Assembly (NCBI GenBank): GCA_964550845.1
Contig: CAZKAD010000002.1
Location: forward strand, 11,377-75,376
DNA length: 64,000 bases
Origin: an uncultured Gammaproteobacteria bacterium
GTDB lineage: Bacteria; Patescibacteriota; Patescibacteriia; Magasanikbacterales; UBA922
Direction: 5' to 3'
The notes beneath the pieces are model-generated. The model had not been told where the DNA came from, did not search any database, and was given only the letters and a program-made list of their open reading frames with translations. A program made the position numbers and the translations under genes. This document shows positions 45,793-55,058 of the stretch, piece by piece. The first letter of the stretch is position 1, and each line of letters opens with the position of its first letter.

Positions 45793-46644
45793 ATGAATAA
45801 TTCCTGGATCTTTCGCACATTGAGATTTGGATTCGAGTCGATAGTCGAGTCGAAAGATAATGAATGGAAAGAATTTTTTACATCTCAACTTGCAATCTTA
45901 AATCAAATTAACACGATTTTACTCTCATATTCTCTATCAAAGATTATGGTTTCAAATCAAGAGCAGTCTCAACGCCCATCGGGGCAAACTCAAGTCCCAG
46001 TTGAATTTTGGACTCACCTTTCAGATGAAGAGAAAAAGTTTGTCCTCACCCAAAAGCAACTTGCACAATATCCAGAAATTTGGCCCCTTCCTCTCGATGT
46101 GTTTAAAGCTTTTGAATTAGCTCCTCTTCAAAAAGTTAAGGTGGTGATCATTGGACAAGACCCTTATCATACTCCACATGTTGCGAATGGACTTGCATTC
46201 TCAGCTCAACGTGGAGCAAGTATGCCTCCATCATTGAGAAACATTTTTCTTAAACTGAAGCAAGAAGGATTCAAAGCTGACAATCCTTGTCTCGAATCTT
46301 GGGCAACCCAAGGTGTACTTTTACTCAATACTGCACTCACTGTTTTTTCTGGACAAGCCGAATCTCATCTCGGATTATGGAAAACTTTTATTACAGAATT
46401 AATCAAATACCTTGGTAAACGAGATGGACTTGTTTGGATTCTCTGGGGCAAGAAAGCTGAAGCTTTTCTACCCCATATTTCTCAACAGAAAAGTTATGTA
46501 CTGATTGGAGGTCATCCTTCTCCAATCAATACCAAGGGTACTTTCATGAGTGGAAACTATTTTCAACTGGCAAATCAATGTCTTCAAAAGATGGGTAAAA
46601 CTCCAATTGATTGGAATTTGGAAGCTAGTGTATTTCAAAAATAA
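45793..46644 (+). CDS. ung: Uracil-DNA glycosylase (family 1 UNG)
   Basis: Motif A VVIIGQDPYH and HPSP motif IGGHPSPIN. The N-terminal ~50 aa are non-conserved, so the true start may be an internal ATG. Confidence 0.85.
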   Translation: MNNSWIFRTLRFGFESIVESKDNEWKEFFTSQLAILNQINTILLSYSLSKIMVSNQEQSQRPSGQTQVPVEFWTHLSDEEKKFVLTQKQLAQYPEIWPLPLDVFKAFELAPLQKVKVVIIGQDPYHTPHVANGLAFSAQRGASMPPSLRNIFLKLKQEGFKADNPCLESWATQGVLLLNTALTVFSGQAESHLGLWKTFITELIKYLGKRDGLVWILWGKKAEAFLPHISQQKSYVLIGGHPSPINTKGTFMSGNYFQLANQCLQKMGKTPIDWNLEASVFQK

Positions 46645-46701
46645 AAAGAAATAAAATTGAATTCTTTTTCCCCATTTAAGAAGTAAGATTGAACATCAAC
46701 C

Positions 46702-47520
46702 ATGGAGGTTACCAATGAAAAATTACATGGCGATTGTTGTTCAAGATTGTCGAGATTTTTATTTGGAAATTTATATGTCTTCTATTCGTACAGAAAAAAA
46801 GGAGATTTTTACAGAGTTTTAGCTCATCACGATTCATTTTGCTCTTGTCAAAGGTTCTTCAATCAAAGCTATCAAAAATTTTGTCTTAATTTATCTCCTG
46901 TAGAAAAAGGAGGCGATGATCTATTTAAATTTAGCCTACTTTGTTGCTATTCAGATAATAAGAAACAAAGGGAAATATCAATCGAAAGTCTTTATTTAAG
47001 TAATGTTCGCGTGCTTGATTGGTTTCTCCAGGAATGCAAAGAAATTTCAGATCGACGTGGTGCGGAGATTGAGATTAATGTTAACTGCGAATCTACTTTC
47101 GATTTAACTGGAATTAATGCTGTGTTTAATCGAGTAATTGTTAGATCGGAAAATCGAATGGATTATTTTCGCCTACCAATTCGATGGATTATCATTTCAG
47201 TTAAAGGCGATTTCAAGCACCTTGAACAAATGTTATCACAGCCTGCGCACAATATAATCGAAGAAATTGCAATTAGCCATCTTTATCCATATAAAAATCC
47301 AATAGATTCTTTTTGTCGTTGGTTATATTATATAATAATTCAAAATCATCCGATTCAATTCGAATATTACACTGCAGAAATGTTTATGCAAGAAATTAAA
47401 TTAATATTGGATTTGACCAATTTAATTACTGAATGTTTACATCAACAAAATCAAGGCAACTTTTCATTCATTCCATCGGAGTTGCTCAATTTGAGCATCC
47501 AATTCGCTGGAAAAAATTGA
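46702..47520 (+). CDS. Hypothetical protein
   Basis: AAAATTGA at 46653-46660 (-42). Confidence 0.5.
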   Translation: MEVTNEKLHGDCCSRLSRFLFGNLYVFYSYRKKGDFYRVLAHHDSFCSCQRFFNQSYQKFCLNLSPVEKGGDDLFKFSLLCCYSDNKKQREISIESLYLSNVRVLDWFLQECKEISDRRGAEIEINVNCESTFDLTGINAVFNRVIVRSENRMDYFRLPIRWIIISVKGDFKHLEQMLSQPAHNIIEEIAISHLYPYKNPIDSFCRWLYYIIIQNHPIQFEYYTAEMFMQEIKLILDLTNLITECLHQQNQGNFSFIPSELLNLSIQFAGKN

Positions 47521-47572
47521 TCATCTCAAGAGATGATCAAATAAAAAAACTCATCTTTCCTTTAGGAAATAA
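47513..47572 (+). promoter_or_regulatory. Composite upstream module of kinase 47573: AAAATTGA (47513-47520), 10-bp-stem inverted repeat TGATCATCTC-AA-GAGATGATCA, palindrome TTTCC-TTTA-GGAAA, TAAATG
   Basis: Direct reading. Confidence 0.55.
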
Positions 47573-48961
47573 ATGAGTGAGATATATTTGGATACAACAA
47601 TTGAAAGAACATTTACCGTCAATGGAGAAGGCTTCAATCAAAAGTATAGAATCAATGAGTTTAAAAATCCTCATCCGGCTGTTTATTTTCTTGTATTTTA
47701 CTGTAATCTAACTAAATTTGAAGCAGTAAAATTTGATAAATGGGATTGTATGCCAGTAAATATGAAATGCATCTTAACTGGATCAAAAACCAAAATTTAT
47801 CATTTCTCGATTGTCGAAAATCTTCAAGTTCAATCTTATATTATCAAGTATTTTAACGATGAATGCACGCTTCATTTTATGCAAGAATTTTCTGTGTTGT
47901 ATCAAATCTCTCTATTATGTGAAGATCCAGAAGCATATGGATTGCCTCAATTATTGTCTGTGTATAAGAATTGTCTTCTTTTTCCATGTTATCGGAAATT
48001 TCAAAGTTTGAGTGTTTGCGCACTTAAAAATAAATTGCTCTCTGCAGTCAATATCCTTCATTCATTGCATGTTGTTCATTTGGATATCAAACCGGATAAC
48101 ATTTTATTTTCTGACAAAGGTCCTATCTTAAATGATTTTGATTGTTCGACTGTTTTAATCGATGGCCATCAGGCTGAAATTTCATCTTTTTGTGGTACGT
48201 TGGGATATATGCCTTACTGGTTTAATTATAATCAAAAAGTATATTCTTACACATATCAAAACGATCTCTGGGGACTCGGCTTGACAATCTCTTCTTTTCG
48301 GAGTGGAAGAAGAGAACTGATCAAATATCAAAACGAAAAAAGTTATTTCGATCAAGCGAAGAAATTTTTTGCCCAACTTTCACATTCAGATCCAGAGTTT
48401 GATTTATTTACTGGAACTTATACATTTGATCAAGTACTTCCATTTACAATTAAACCTTCATACTACCGCTTAGACTTATCGAGAACACAATTTCTCAGGT
48501 TTTTCAGACAACATGAACTTTGTATTCTTGCACTTGGCTTTCTTTTCTATAGCCAAGTCCAGGAAGATGAAGTGTTCGACCTTGCAAATGCAATTTTTTA
48601 CAATCAGAAACCATCTTTTGAACAAGGTTATCTTTTGTCGAGAATCAAATACATTATTTTCACAGCTCCGCAAATTCCCTTCTTTATTCTGCTCAAGAAA
48701 TATCGCAAAAATCCAACATTTTTTCTTCCTCTCATTATTTTGGGTGCCAAAGGATTTCATTCTGCTAAAGAAATTGACTGGTTTGAAAATCGATTTATCC
48801 ATTCAAAATATCTCGACGAAGATGAAGAAACCGAAAGGCGATATCACCAAATTCTCGAAGAATACAATTTATATGCCTCGTCAACAGTTGAAGACATTAA
48901 AAATGATTCTTCTTTACTTCGAAAAAGAAAGAAACCAGTTGAAGATGATCATTCCGGTTAG
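47573..48961 (+). CDS. Serine/threonine protein kinase-like protein
   Basis: Catalytic loop [17 protein letters not shown] (DFG-like) NDFDCS. AAAATTGA at -53, 10-bp-stem hairpin, TTTCC-TTTA-GGAAA palindrome, TAAATG start. Confidence 0.7.
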   Translation: MSEIYLDTTIERTFTVNGEGFNQKYRINEFKNPHPAVYFLVFYCNLTKFEAVKFDKWDCMPVNMKCILTGSKTKIYHFSIVENLQVQSYIIKYFNDECTLHFMQEFSVLYQISLLCEDPEAYGLPQLLSVYKNCLLFPCYRKFQSLSVCALKNKLLSAVNILHSLHVVHLDIKPDNILFSDKGPILNDFDCSTVLIDGHQAEISSFCGTLGYMPYWFNYNQKVYSYTYQNDLWGLGLTISSFRSGRRELIKYQNEKSYFDQAKKFFAQLSHSDPEFDLFTGTYTFDQVLPFTIKPSYYRLDLSRTQFLRFFRQHELCILALGFLFYSQVQEDEVFDLANAIFYNQKPSFEQGYLLSRIKYIIFTAPQIPFFILLKKYRKNPTFFLPLIILGAKGFHSAKEIDWFENRFIHSKYLDEDEETERRYHQILEEYNLYASSTVEDIKNDSSLLRKRKKPVEDDHSG

Positions 48962-49160
48962 ATGTTTTACTTGTGGAAAAGTAGTTGGGAACAAATGGGA
49001 TAAATTTCAACAATTAATTAAGACTAAGACAGTTAAACCAGGCGAAGCTTGTGATCAACTTGGTCTTGAAAGATATTGCTGTCGGAGAATGCTACTCACA
49101 CATGCCGAATTGATCGACAAAATTTTACAAGTAACTCCAATTCGAGCTGGGCTTAATTAA
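48945..49160 (+). CDS. RNA polymerase subunit RPB10 (RpoN)
   Basis: [18 protein letters not shown]...[15 protein letters not shown] is the canonical RPB10 zinc bundle. The ATG overlaps the last 17 nt of the kinase gene in another frame. The track merged it into a longer TTG-start ORF. Confidence 0.85.
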   Translation: MIIPVRCFTCGKVVGNKWDKFQQLIKTKTVKPGEACDQLGLERYCCRRMLLTHAELIDKILQVTPIRAGLN

Positions 49161-49166
49161 GTCAGT

Positions 49167-49192
49167 CTGTTAAATAATTGAATCTTTTCGAA
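49167..49192. terminator. 11-bp-stem palindrome AATTGAATCTT-TTCG-AAGATTCAATT between convergent RPB10 and RING genes
   Basis: Direct reading. Confidence 0.5.
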
Positions 49193-49211
49193 GATTCAAT
49201 TCTTGTTGTTT

Positions 49212-49640
49212 TTATTCAACTTTGGTCCGACAATGTGGACAAGTGTCTGCTTCTGAAAACCAGCGTCTGATACAAGCAGCATGAAAAAAATCGCGACAAG
49301 GTAATTCTGTAATCATATCATGTTGTTGAAATGAGTCAAGACAAACCGCACATTTTTGTCCTTGTCTACATTGATGTTCATGAATATTATAAGTTTTTAA
49401 AGCATCTATCTTTTCCTGTGAAAGTGGATGCTTTGGATTATCCATTTGTAAAGATTGATGGAGAAAATGTTGAAAAATATCATCAACCGAAGGAACTGGT
49501 ACAACTGATGAGACTTCATCTTCTTCAGTAACTTTGCTGATGAAAAAAACCTTGTTTTTTCGTTTGATTCCTCGGAGGGAAAGTTTTCGATCGGCTGCAA
49601 ATTGTGTAACAAATCTATCAATTGATCCTACGTTGATCAT
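49212..49640 (-). CDS. RING-H2 finger protein
   Basis: CAVCLDSFQQHDMITELPCRDFFHAACIRRWFSEADTCPHCR. First ATG used (MINVGS); the track start is TTG. Confidence 0.7.
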   Translation of the reverse strand: MINVGSIDRFVTQFAADRKLSLRGIKRKNKVFFISKVTEEDEVSSVVPVPSVDDIFQHFLHQSLQMDNPKHPLSQEKIDALKTYNIHEHQCRQGQKCAVCLDSFQQHDMITELPCRDFFHAACIRRWFSEADTCPHCRTKVE

Positions 49641-49732
49641 CGATGGTACTTTTCCTTTGGACAAGAAAAATAATTTTTAACTAATGATGTAATTGATTTT
49701 TCTCTTCTCGAAAGAAGAGAAAAATAATCATC

Positions 49733-49868
49733 GTTTAAACGTCTCTTCGAGACTGGTTAAACGTCTCTTCGAGACTGGTTAAACGTCTCTTCGAGACTGG
49801 TTAAACGTCCTTATAGGACTCTTTGAAATGATTAAACGTCCTTATAGGACTCTTTGAAATGATTAAAT
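49733..49868 (+). repeat. Array of GTTTAAACGTCTCTTCGAGACTG x3 plus GTTAAACGTCCTTATAGGACTCTTTGAAATGAT x2; the TAA stop of gene 49863-50540 lies inside the last unit
   Basis: Direct reading. Hairpins GTCTC-TTC-GAGAC and GTCCT-TAT-AGGAC. Confidence 0.9.
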
Positions 49869-50540
49869 AAAAGCAGAAACAAGTGAAAATACTCTCGGGT
49901 CATACAAAGATTGTTGTTGAGAATCATACAATGTTCCTTCTCCAGATAAACTATGTGTAAGTAAGATATACAGTTTAAAATATCCATCAAAAGGCTCTAT
50001 TTTATCCGTCAGGCCCATTCGATGGAGGCGAGGAACATCTTTGTTTACATGATTATTCTCAAAGTTGAGAATTTTTAATAAGATTTGAAGATGATTTTTG
50101 TGTCCAGTCCAATCCAACGGGTCAATCAGATGAATTATTTTCTTTACATTCGTTTCTCTTGAAAACACTCTTTGATACATTGTAAAATTATTTACATGCA
50201 TTTCCTTCGCGTGAAGATGTTCGAGAAAATCACTGCGCGGAGAAAGTCGATTTTCTGCACTAAAAAATAACATGTAACAATGAAAATTGTCAGTCAAAGG
50301 AAGTTTATCATTAATGTGAATCGAGACGAAAAAGATGTAGTTTTGTTGATACAAGATTGATAATTGATCAAAAAGGGGTTGAAGATTTCGATCTCGAACA
50401 CGAAAGAGTGATACTAAAGTATTTGCATGTTTCGATTCAAAAGTAAAGAACTGCCGGCTCACTTGGCGAATAATAATCATTGCATAATTATGTGTAGTCA
50501 CATAATTATGAAGTTGTTTGACTCTATCTCGACGTGTCAT
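49863..50540 (-). CDS. Paralog family B protein (C-terminal SLYDPRVFSL motif)
   Basis: The C-terminus aligns with the DLYDPRLL family. Its TAA stop lies inside the terminal unit of the 5-unit repeat array. Confidence 0.5.
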   Translation of the reverse strand: MTRRDRVKQLHNYVTTHNYAMIIIRQVSRQFFTFESKHANTLVSLFRVRDRNLQPLFDQLSILYQQNYIFFVSIHINDKLPLTDNFHCYMLFFSAENRLSPRSDFLEHLHAKEMHVNNFTMYQRVFSRETNVKKIIHLIDPLDWTGHKNHLQILLKILNFENNHVNKDVPRLHRMGLTDKIEPFDGYFKLYILLTHSLSGEGTLYDSQQQSLYDPRVFSLVSAFI

Positions 50541-50581
50541 TATTCATCAATGACATTCTCAGAAGAAAGATGAATGGAATA

Positions 50582-51067
50582 TCATTTTTTCTCTTCCGTT
50601 TTCTCTTTTGTTTTTTCTTGTTGATCGAGAGGTTTTCTTGGATCGTATTTAAAACATCCTTGACATTTACCTGAAAAGAAATATTTCTTTTCACTCATTC
50701 TTCTCTCAGAGACAATCACAAGACCGCAGTTTGAACAGACATCAAAGTTAATCGTGTCGATTACCAAATAACCAAAATCAACTGCCTTTCGAATCAGTGC
50801 ACTCAAAATCTTCCGATTTTCCCGAGCTCCAAGATAGGTATCTTTGACGATTAGAATCCCCATTTCCGGAGGTTCAACACCAATTTGGACACATCCTTTG
50901 ACCCACCCAATGTTGAATCGTTCAATTTCTTTTGCAAATCCGGCGGCTCTTTTACAGAGCCATCCCGGCAAGATAAGATCAACAAAATTAATAAAATCTT
51001 TTGGATGTTCAGGGATATTCGAAATTACTTTTTCAACATTGAGTCCGACATCTGTATATTCAGACAT
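50582..51067 (-). CDS. Hypothetical protein with C-terminal C4 zinc ribbon
   Basis: CSNCG...(22)...CQGC. Start ATGTCTGAATAT. Confidence 0.5.
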   Translation of the reverse strand: MSEYTDVGLNVEKVISNIPEHPKDFINFVDLILPGWLCKRAAGFAKEIERFNIGWVKGCVQIGVEPPEMGILIVKDTYLGARENRKILSALIRKAVDFGYLVIDTINFDVCSNCGLVIVSERRMSEKKYFFSGKCQGCFKYDPRKPLDQQEKTKEKTEEKK

Positions 51068-51113
51068 TCAAGTTTTTGTTTCAATGAAAAACTTTTAACC
51101 TTTTCATGGATGT

Positions 51114-51192
51114 AAATGTTTATCCAGTTCCGCAGAACGTTTATCCAGTTCCGCAGAACGTTTAATCAGTTCCGCAGAACGTTTAATTACCA
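51114..51192 (+). repeat. Tandem 21-bp units CAGTTCCGCAGAACGTTTAWC x3
   Basis: Direct reading; between the stop of 51187-51579 and the start of 50582-51067. Confidence 0.85.
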
Positions 51193-51579
51193 CCAACCTT
51201 CAACCAACCAATAATTCGATTTGTTTTTACCTTCTTGAGGAACTTCCTTCTGCATTCGCTCCGCTTCCCGTACTGATTCAATTGGTTGAGTTATTTCAAC
51301 GGGAGACATTTCGGCTAAAGCAGGAATTTCTTGATATTTCTTTTCGCGTAGTTGAAAATTGTACAATTCTTGTTGTGTCTTTTGATGTGCCTGATGTTCT
51401 AGTTCAAGATTTTTTGATGTATGTTCAAGTTCTTTTGTAAGTTTCTCACATTTGAGCTGCATTTCAGCAAGATTACGAATCAGTTCTTCATTTTTACGTC
51501 TCACAAAGGCATTTTCTTGAAGAAGGTTTTGGTTTTGAGCCATTACCTTTTGAGTTTTTTCACGAGAATATTGAGCCAT
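51187..51579 (-). CDS. Coiled-coil protein
   Basis: First ATG (MAQYSREK). Palindrome TTCTTTTGAAAAGAA abuts the ATG. The TAA stop lies inside TAATTAAACG of the array. Confidence 0.45.
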   Translation of the reverse strand: MAQYSREKTQKVMAQNQNLLQENAFVRRKNEELIRNLAEMQLKCEKLTKELEHTSKNLELEHQAHQKTQQELYNFQLREKKYQEIPALAEMSPVEITQPIESVREAERMQKEVPQEGKNKSNYWLVEGWW

Positions 51580-51653
51580 CTTTCTTTTCAAAAGAAAAAA
51601 CTGATTTTCTTTTGCGACTTCAATGGAGTGAAATCAAGTTTTTTGATCGAAGA

Positions 51654-52883
51654 ATGTCTTTAAGCAAATTTACTCGAGAAACTCTTGAATCTGCCCAACA
51701 AGTTCAAATTGTTGATCGGCTCGATGATCTTGTGATGTACTGTTATGACGCAGACAGCGATCTCGATCAAGCCGACCATCTCATTCGCCAATCAAGAGGT
51801 CTAGTCTTCCATGGAGAAAAATTGTTGGTCAAAACATTCCCATATACCCCGATGTATCTCGGAGTGACTCACGGAATCTATCTTCGACACTTTGAGAAAG
51901 TGACCGTTGATGGAGGTAAACCAGCTTTCCAAATTCTTCCAAAGACGGAATTCAATTATCTCCAAGCCAATTGGGGTAAACTAATTTTTTATCCGGCTCA
52001 AGAAGGAACTTTGATTCGTGCTTTCGCCGTCAATGGGAAGTGGTATTTTGCAACTCACCGAAGATTGGACGCGAATCGATGCTTTTGGGGAGGAAAAATC
52101 TCATTTGGTGAGCTGTTTGCGTTTGCACTCAAGAAGTTGTTTAATTCTGAGAAGACAAATGAAGAAATCCTCAATGAACTTTCTTCCCATCTTAATCAAT
52201 CAAAAGTGTATGTCTTTTTGCTCAAACCTACAATTCAAACTCGAATTGTCTCGTTTCCCGATGAAAAGGAACCTGTGATTCTAGTTGGAGTATTCGAAAA
52301 CAATGTTTTTCAAAAAGATTTTGAATCAATTCCGGGGATTCCATCAGTCAAACAATTGACCGGATTTCGAGACATTTTCGATCTCTACAAAAGAGTGGAA
52401 GGAATGGCTCCCGAATATTACCAGGGAGTTTTGATCATGACCCCTAAAGGAGAATGTATCAAGATTTGTTCTTATCAATATCTTCATCGATATCTTTTGC
52501 GAGGCAATGTTGACTCGATTAAACTTCGATATCTCCAAATCCTTTCTCATCCCCATTTGATTGAGTGTTTTCGTCAAATGTACCCTGAGAAGGAAGCCGA
52601 TTTCGATGAATATGAAGATATCATCGACGGCATTGCTCAAACACTTGCTGACCATTATAATCGAAGATATGGAACAGAACGAAAAGAATATGTCATTCTC
52701 GAACCAGTCGAACATCATTTCTTGGTCGGAGTGAGAGCTACATATAACTACTCTAACATTGATCCTGCTGTCATGAGAGAATATCTAATTCGAGACATGA
52801 AAGTCTCAGACTTGAACAAAATGATTCATGATGATCTTCATCTCCGACGCGACATTGAGAAGATCATTGACGCAGATGATTAA
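51654..52883 (+). CDS. Hypothetical protein (410 aa)
   Basis: First ATG (ATGTCTTTAAGC). No confident motif. Confidence 0.5.
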   Translation: MSLSKFTRETLESAQQVQIVDRLDDLVMYCYDADSDLDQADHLIRQSRGLVFHGEKLLVKTFPYTPMYLGVTHGIYLRHFEKVTVDGGKPAFQILPKTEFNYLQANWGKLIFYPAQEGTLIRAFAVNGKWYFATHRRLDANRCFWGGKISFGELFAFALKKLFNSEKTNEEILNELSSHLNQSKVYVFLLKPTIQTRIVSFPDEKEPVILVGVFENNVFQKDFESIPGIPSVKQLTGFRDIFDLYKRVEGMAPEYYQGVLIMTPKGECIKICSYQYLHRYLLRGNVDSIKLRYLQILSHPHLIECFRQMYPEKEADFDEYEDIIDGIAQTLADHYNRRYGTERKEYVILEPVEHHFLVGVRATYNYSNIDPAVMREYLIRDMKVSDLNKMIHDDLHLRRDIEKIIDADD

Positions 52884-52943
52884 TTCCGATCTTAAAATAA
52901 ATAATGCTCAATAATGCTCAATCACGTTTCGACGTGATCGAAG

Positions 52944-53027
52944 TTTTTAACAAGTCCTTCAAGACGTTTAACCACTTCAGAGAGTCCCGAAGGATGTTTA
53001 ACCAATCTTGACGAAATCGTTTTAATC
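52944..53027 (+). repeat. Three degenerate GTTTAACC-hairpin units between convergent genes
   Basis: GTTTTTAACAAGTCCTTCAAGACGTTTAACCACTTCAGAGAGTCCCGAAGGATGTTTAACC...GTTTTAATC. Confidence 0.65.
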
Positions 53028-53570
53028 ATCGCTATCAGGACTTGTCGAAGGTGTAATAATTTTTAACTCCGAAAATGGCTTGAGAAAAGGATGGTGGACG
53101 TAAACTTCTTGAATTTTGTTCTGCACCGTTTCAATCAAAACGTCAAGATTGCAGACAAATTTGAGGTCCGAGTTGTATGTAACTCGCAAATTTGAAATGC
53201 CTTGAATTGAAGCTTCAAGATCTCGAAGAAGATCTTGTACATGCTTGCTCTCGGGAGATTTTTGAATCAAAGCATCGAGAATCTCAAATGAACGAGATAA
53301 TGTCTCCGATAAAAATGATTGAGTTTTACTTCGGCTATCACAATTCCAAGTACGGAGGAATTTGGCAGTCATACTCTCTTGCTGGAGAGATAAAGGTTCG
53401 GTTGAAATTTTAACATTTGTCGGAATCTTTCCAATAAACTTGAGACGACTCTTCACTTCTTCGTTTCCACTCAAAGAGACAGTACTCATTTGATTAAGAG
53501 AAAAAATTTGTTTTGCTGCCGAAATCAAAGAAAGCGAGGTCGAAACTTCTTGTAAGGAAGGAACACTCAT
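53022..53570 (-). CDS. Hypothetical protein
   Basis: The stop GATGATTAAAAC is part of the repeat unit. Confidence 0.45.
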   Translation of the reverse strand: MSVPSLQEVSTSLSLISAAKQIFSLNQMSTVSLSGNEEVKSRLKFIGKIPTNVKISTEPLSLQQESMTAKFLRTWNCDSRSKTQSFLSETLSRSFEILDALIQKSPESKHVQDLLRDLEASIQGISNLRVTYNSDLKFVCNLDVLIETVQNKIQEVYVHHPFLKPFSELKIITPSTSPDSDD

Positions 53571-53610
53571 TTAGCCCTTTTTTGACTGGAGAAAAGAGAA
53601 AAAAGAAAAA

Positions 53611-54285
53611 ATGGCAACCGATGGAGAAGACTATGAGTTTCTCATCGATGAATCGAAGTCGAGATTGCAGACCTTAAAAGCAGGTCTAGAAATTTATTCA
53701 AAAAAGTTCCCTGAAGATAAGAAAGGAATTGCAAGATTTCAAAGTTTGATTCGAAAAGAAGAAGATCGATATAACATCTATTCGATGTTCCAAGCTGCTG
53801 AACATGGAAGTATGCTCTCGTTTGCAAGCTCAGTATCAATCAATCATCAAATCAACGAACAAAATTTTGAATTAGTAAATTCAGACGAAATTCGTCAAAA
53901 ACTATCTCCACATGCTATTGAAGACGATATGTCAGAGTTTTCTTTTTTGATTTCTCCAAGAGCAGATGGACTCGTCAAAATTCCAATCGATCAAATTCTT
54001 CATGGAGGAAAAAACGTTCCTCTTGGTCAGAGAGTGATCAAAATGCCGAAAAATTTGGATCAAACTATTCGAACGGTAAGACAAAAATTAGCTGAAGAAA
54101 AAACACAGTTGAAAGATGTGTTCCCAAAAGAGGTTCACCCGACGAAGGAGGTTCACCCGACGAAGGAGGTTCACCCGACGAAGGAGGTTCACCCTGAAAA
54201 ACAACCAATCAAAAACACATTAGTTCAACCACCACCGAAAGGAATGGCAAAAAAAGTGATCATTGCAGAGCCAAAGAAAAAATGA
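53611..54285 (+). CDS. Hypothetical protein with KEVHPT x4 tandem repeat
   Basis: An 18-bp DNA repeat gaggttcacccgacgaag x4 at 54121-54195 is translated in frame. Confidence 0.5.
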   Translation: MATDGEDYEFLIDESKSRLQTLKAGLEIYSKKFPEDKKGIARFQSLIRKEEDRYNIYSMFQAAEHGSMLSFASSVSINHQINEQNFELVNSDEIRQKLSPHAIEDDMSEFSFLISPRADGLVKIPIDQILHGGKNVPLGQRVIKMPKNLDQTIRTVRQKLAEEKTQLKDVFPKEVHPTKEVHPTKEVHPTKEVHPEKQPIKNTLVQPPPKGMAKKVIIAEPKKK

Positions 54286-54292
54286 AAGAAAT

Positions 54293-54988
54293 ATGGCTCG
54301 TGAATCGAAGGATGGAATCTTTAGCGGAGTTTCAACTCTTGATCAACTTAAATCGAGAATAATTGAATTGTATCAAGATGATTCGAATAAGCTTAAACAA
54401 TTGCTCAATGATTTAGTTCAGACTCAATCATTAGAACAAAAGAATGAAATTTTTAAAGACGAAGAATTGGCTCGCCTTCGTTCATTTGAACAAAAATATA
54501 CGTTGATAACCGAAGCTTGTTCAAGAGATAAGAACAAGGAAAAACAATTAGTCTTTTCTTTTCTCCACGATGAGCAAGTCGATTTACCTTTGATTCCATT
54601 GTATGACTTGAATCGATTTGAGAAACTCTTTCTCCAAGATGAATGTTACAAATGGTTAATTAATCAGCATTCACCCAAGGAAGAGGCTGATTCAATCTTT
54701 GCTTGGACTCGTCATCCAAATGGATTCGTTGTACGAGCCGATGGAAGATGTTTTATCGTCGATGCCAAAATGTCAAAAACATTAAACATTCTCGGGGTGG
54801 ATAATATTCTCGAACAAAATGCTTGCCCGGTTGATCTCTCGGCGTATGAAACACCGAGATGTGAAGTATTTTGGACAACCAAAGGACCAAGTATTTGTCT
54901 ATTTACTCGAGAGGGTAAACTAATTGATCAACCACGAATTCCGTTGAATAAAATTTCGTTCAAGATGATTCGTCATTTCATCAATTAA
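54293..54988 (+). CDS. Hypothetical protein
   Basis: First ATG (MARESKDG), 8 nt after the upstream stop. Confidence 0.5.
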   Translation: MARESKDGIFSGVSTLDQLKSRIIELYQDDSNKLKQLLNDLVQTQSLEQKNEIFKDEELARLRSFEQKYTLITEACSRDKNKEKQLVFSFLHDEQVDLPLIPLYDLNRFEKLFLQDECYKWLINQHSPKEEADSIFAWTRHPNGFVVRADGRCFIVDAKMSKTLNILGVDNILEQNACPVDLSAYETPRCEVFWTTKGPSICLFTREGKLIDQPRIPLNKISFKMIRHFIN

Positions 54989-55058
54989 TTCTTATTGTTG
55001 AAAAATTGATTTCTTCACTTCGAGTAGTGAAGAAAATTCAAACATTTCAAACATCTCA

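Noticed and set aside
50582-51067. TFIIS/RPB9-like zinc ribbon or dCMP deaminase for the C4 protein
   Set aside because: The CxxC-22-CxxC spacing fits a zinc ribbon, but the QTRSADE motif (TFIIS) and HAE/PCxxC (deaminase) are absent.
51654-52883. Capping enzyme or ligase KxDG nucleotidyltransferase motif in KVTVDGGK
   Set aside because: The spacing (K-x3-DG) does not match KxDG, and the downstream motifs III-V are absent.
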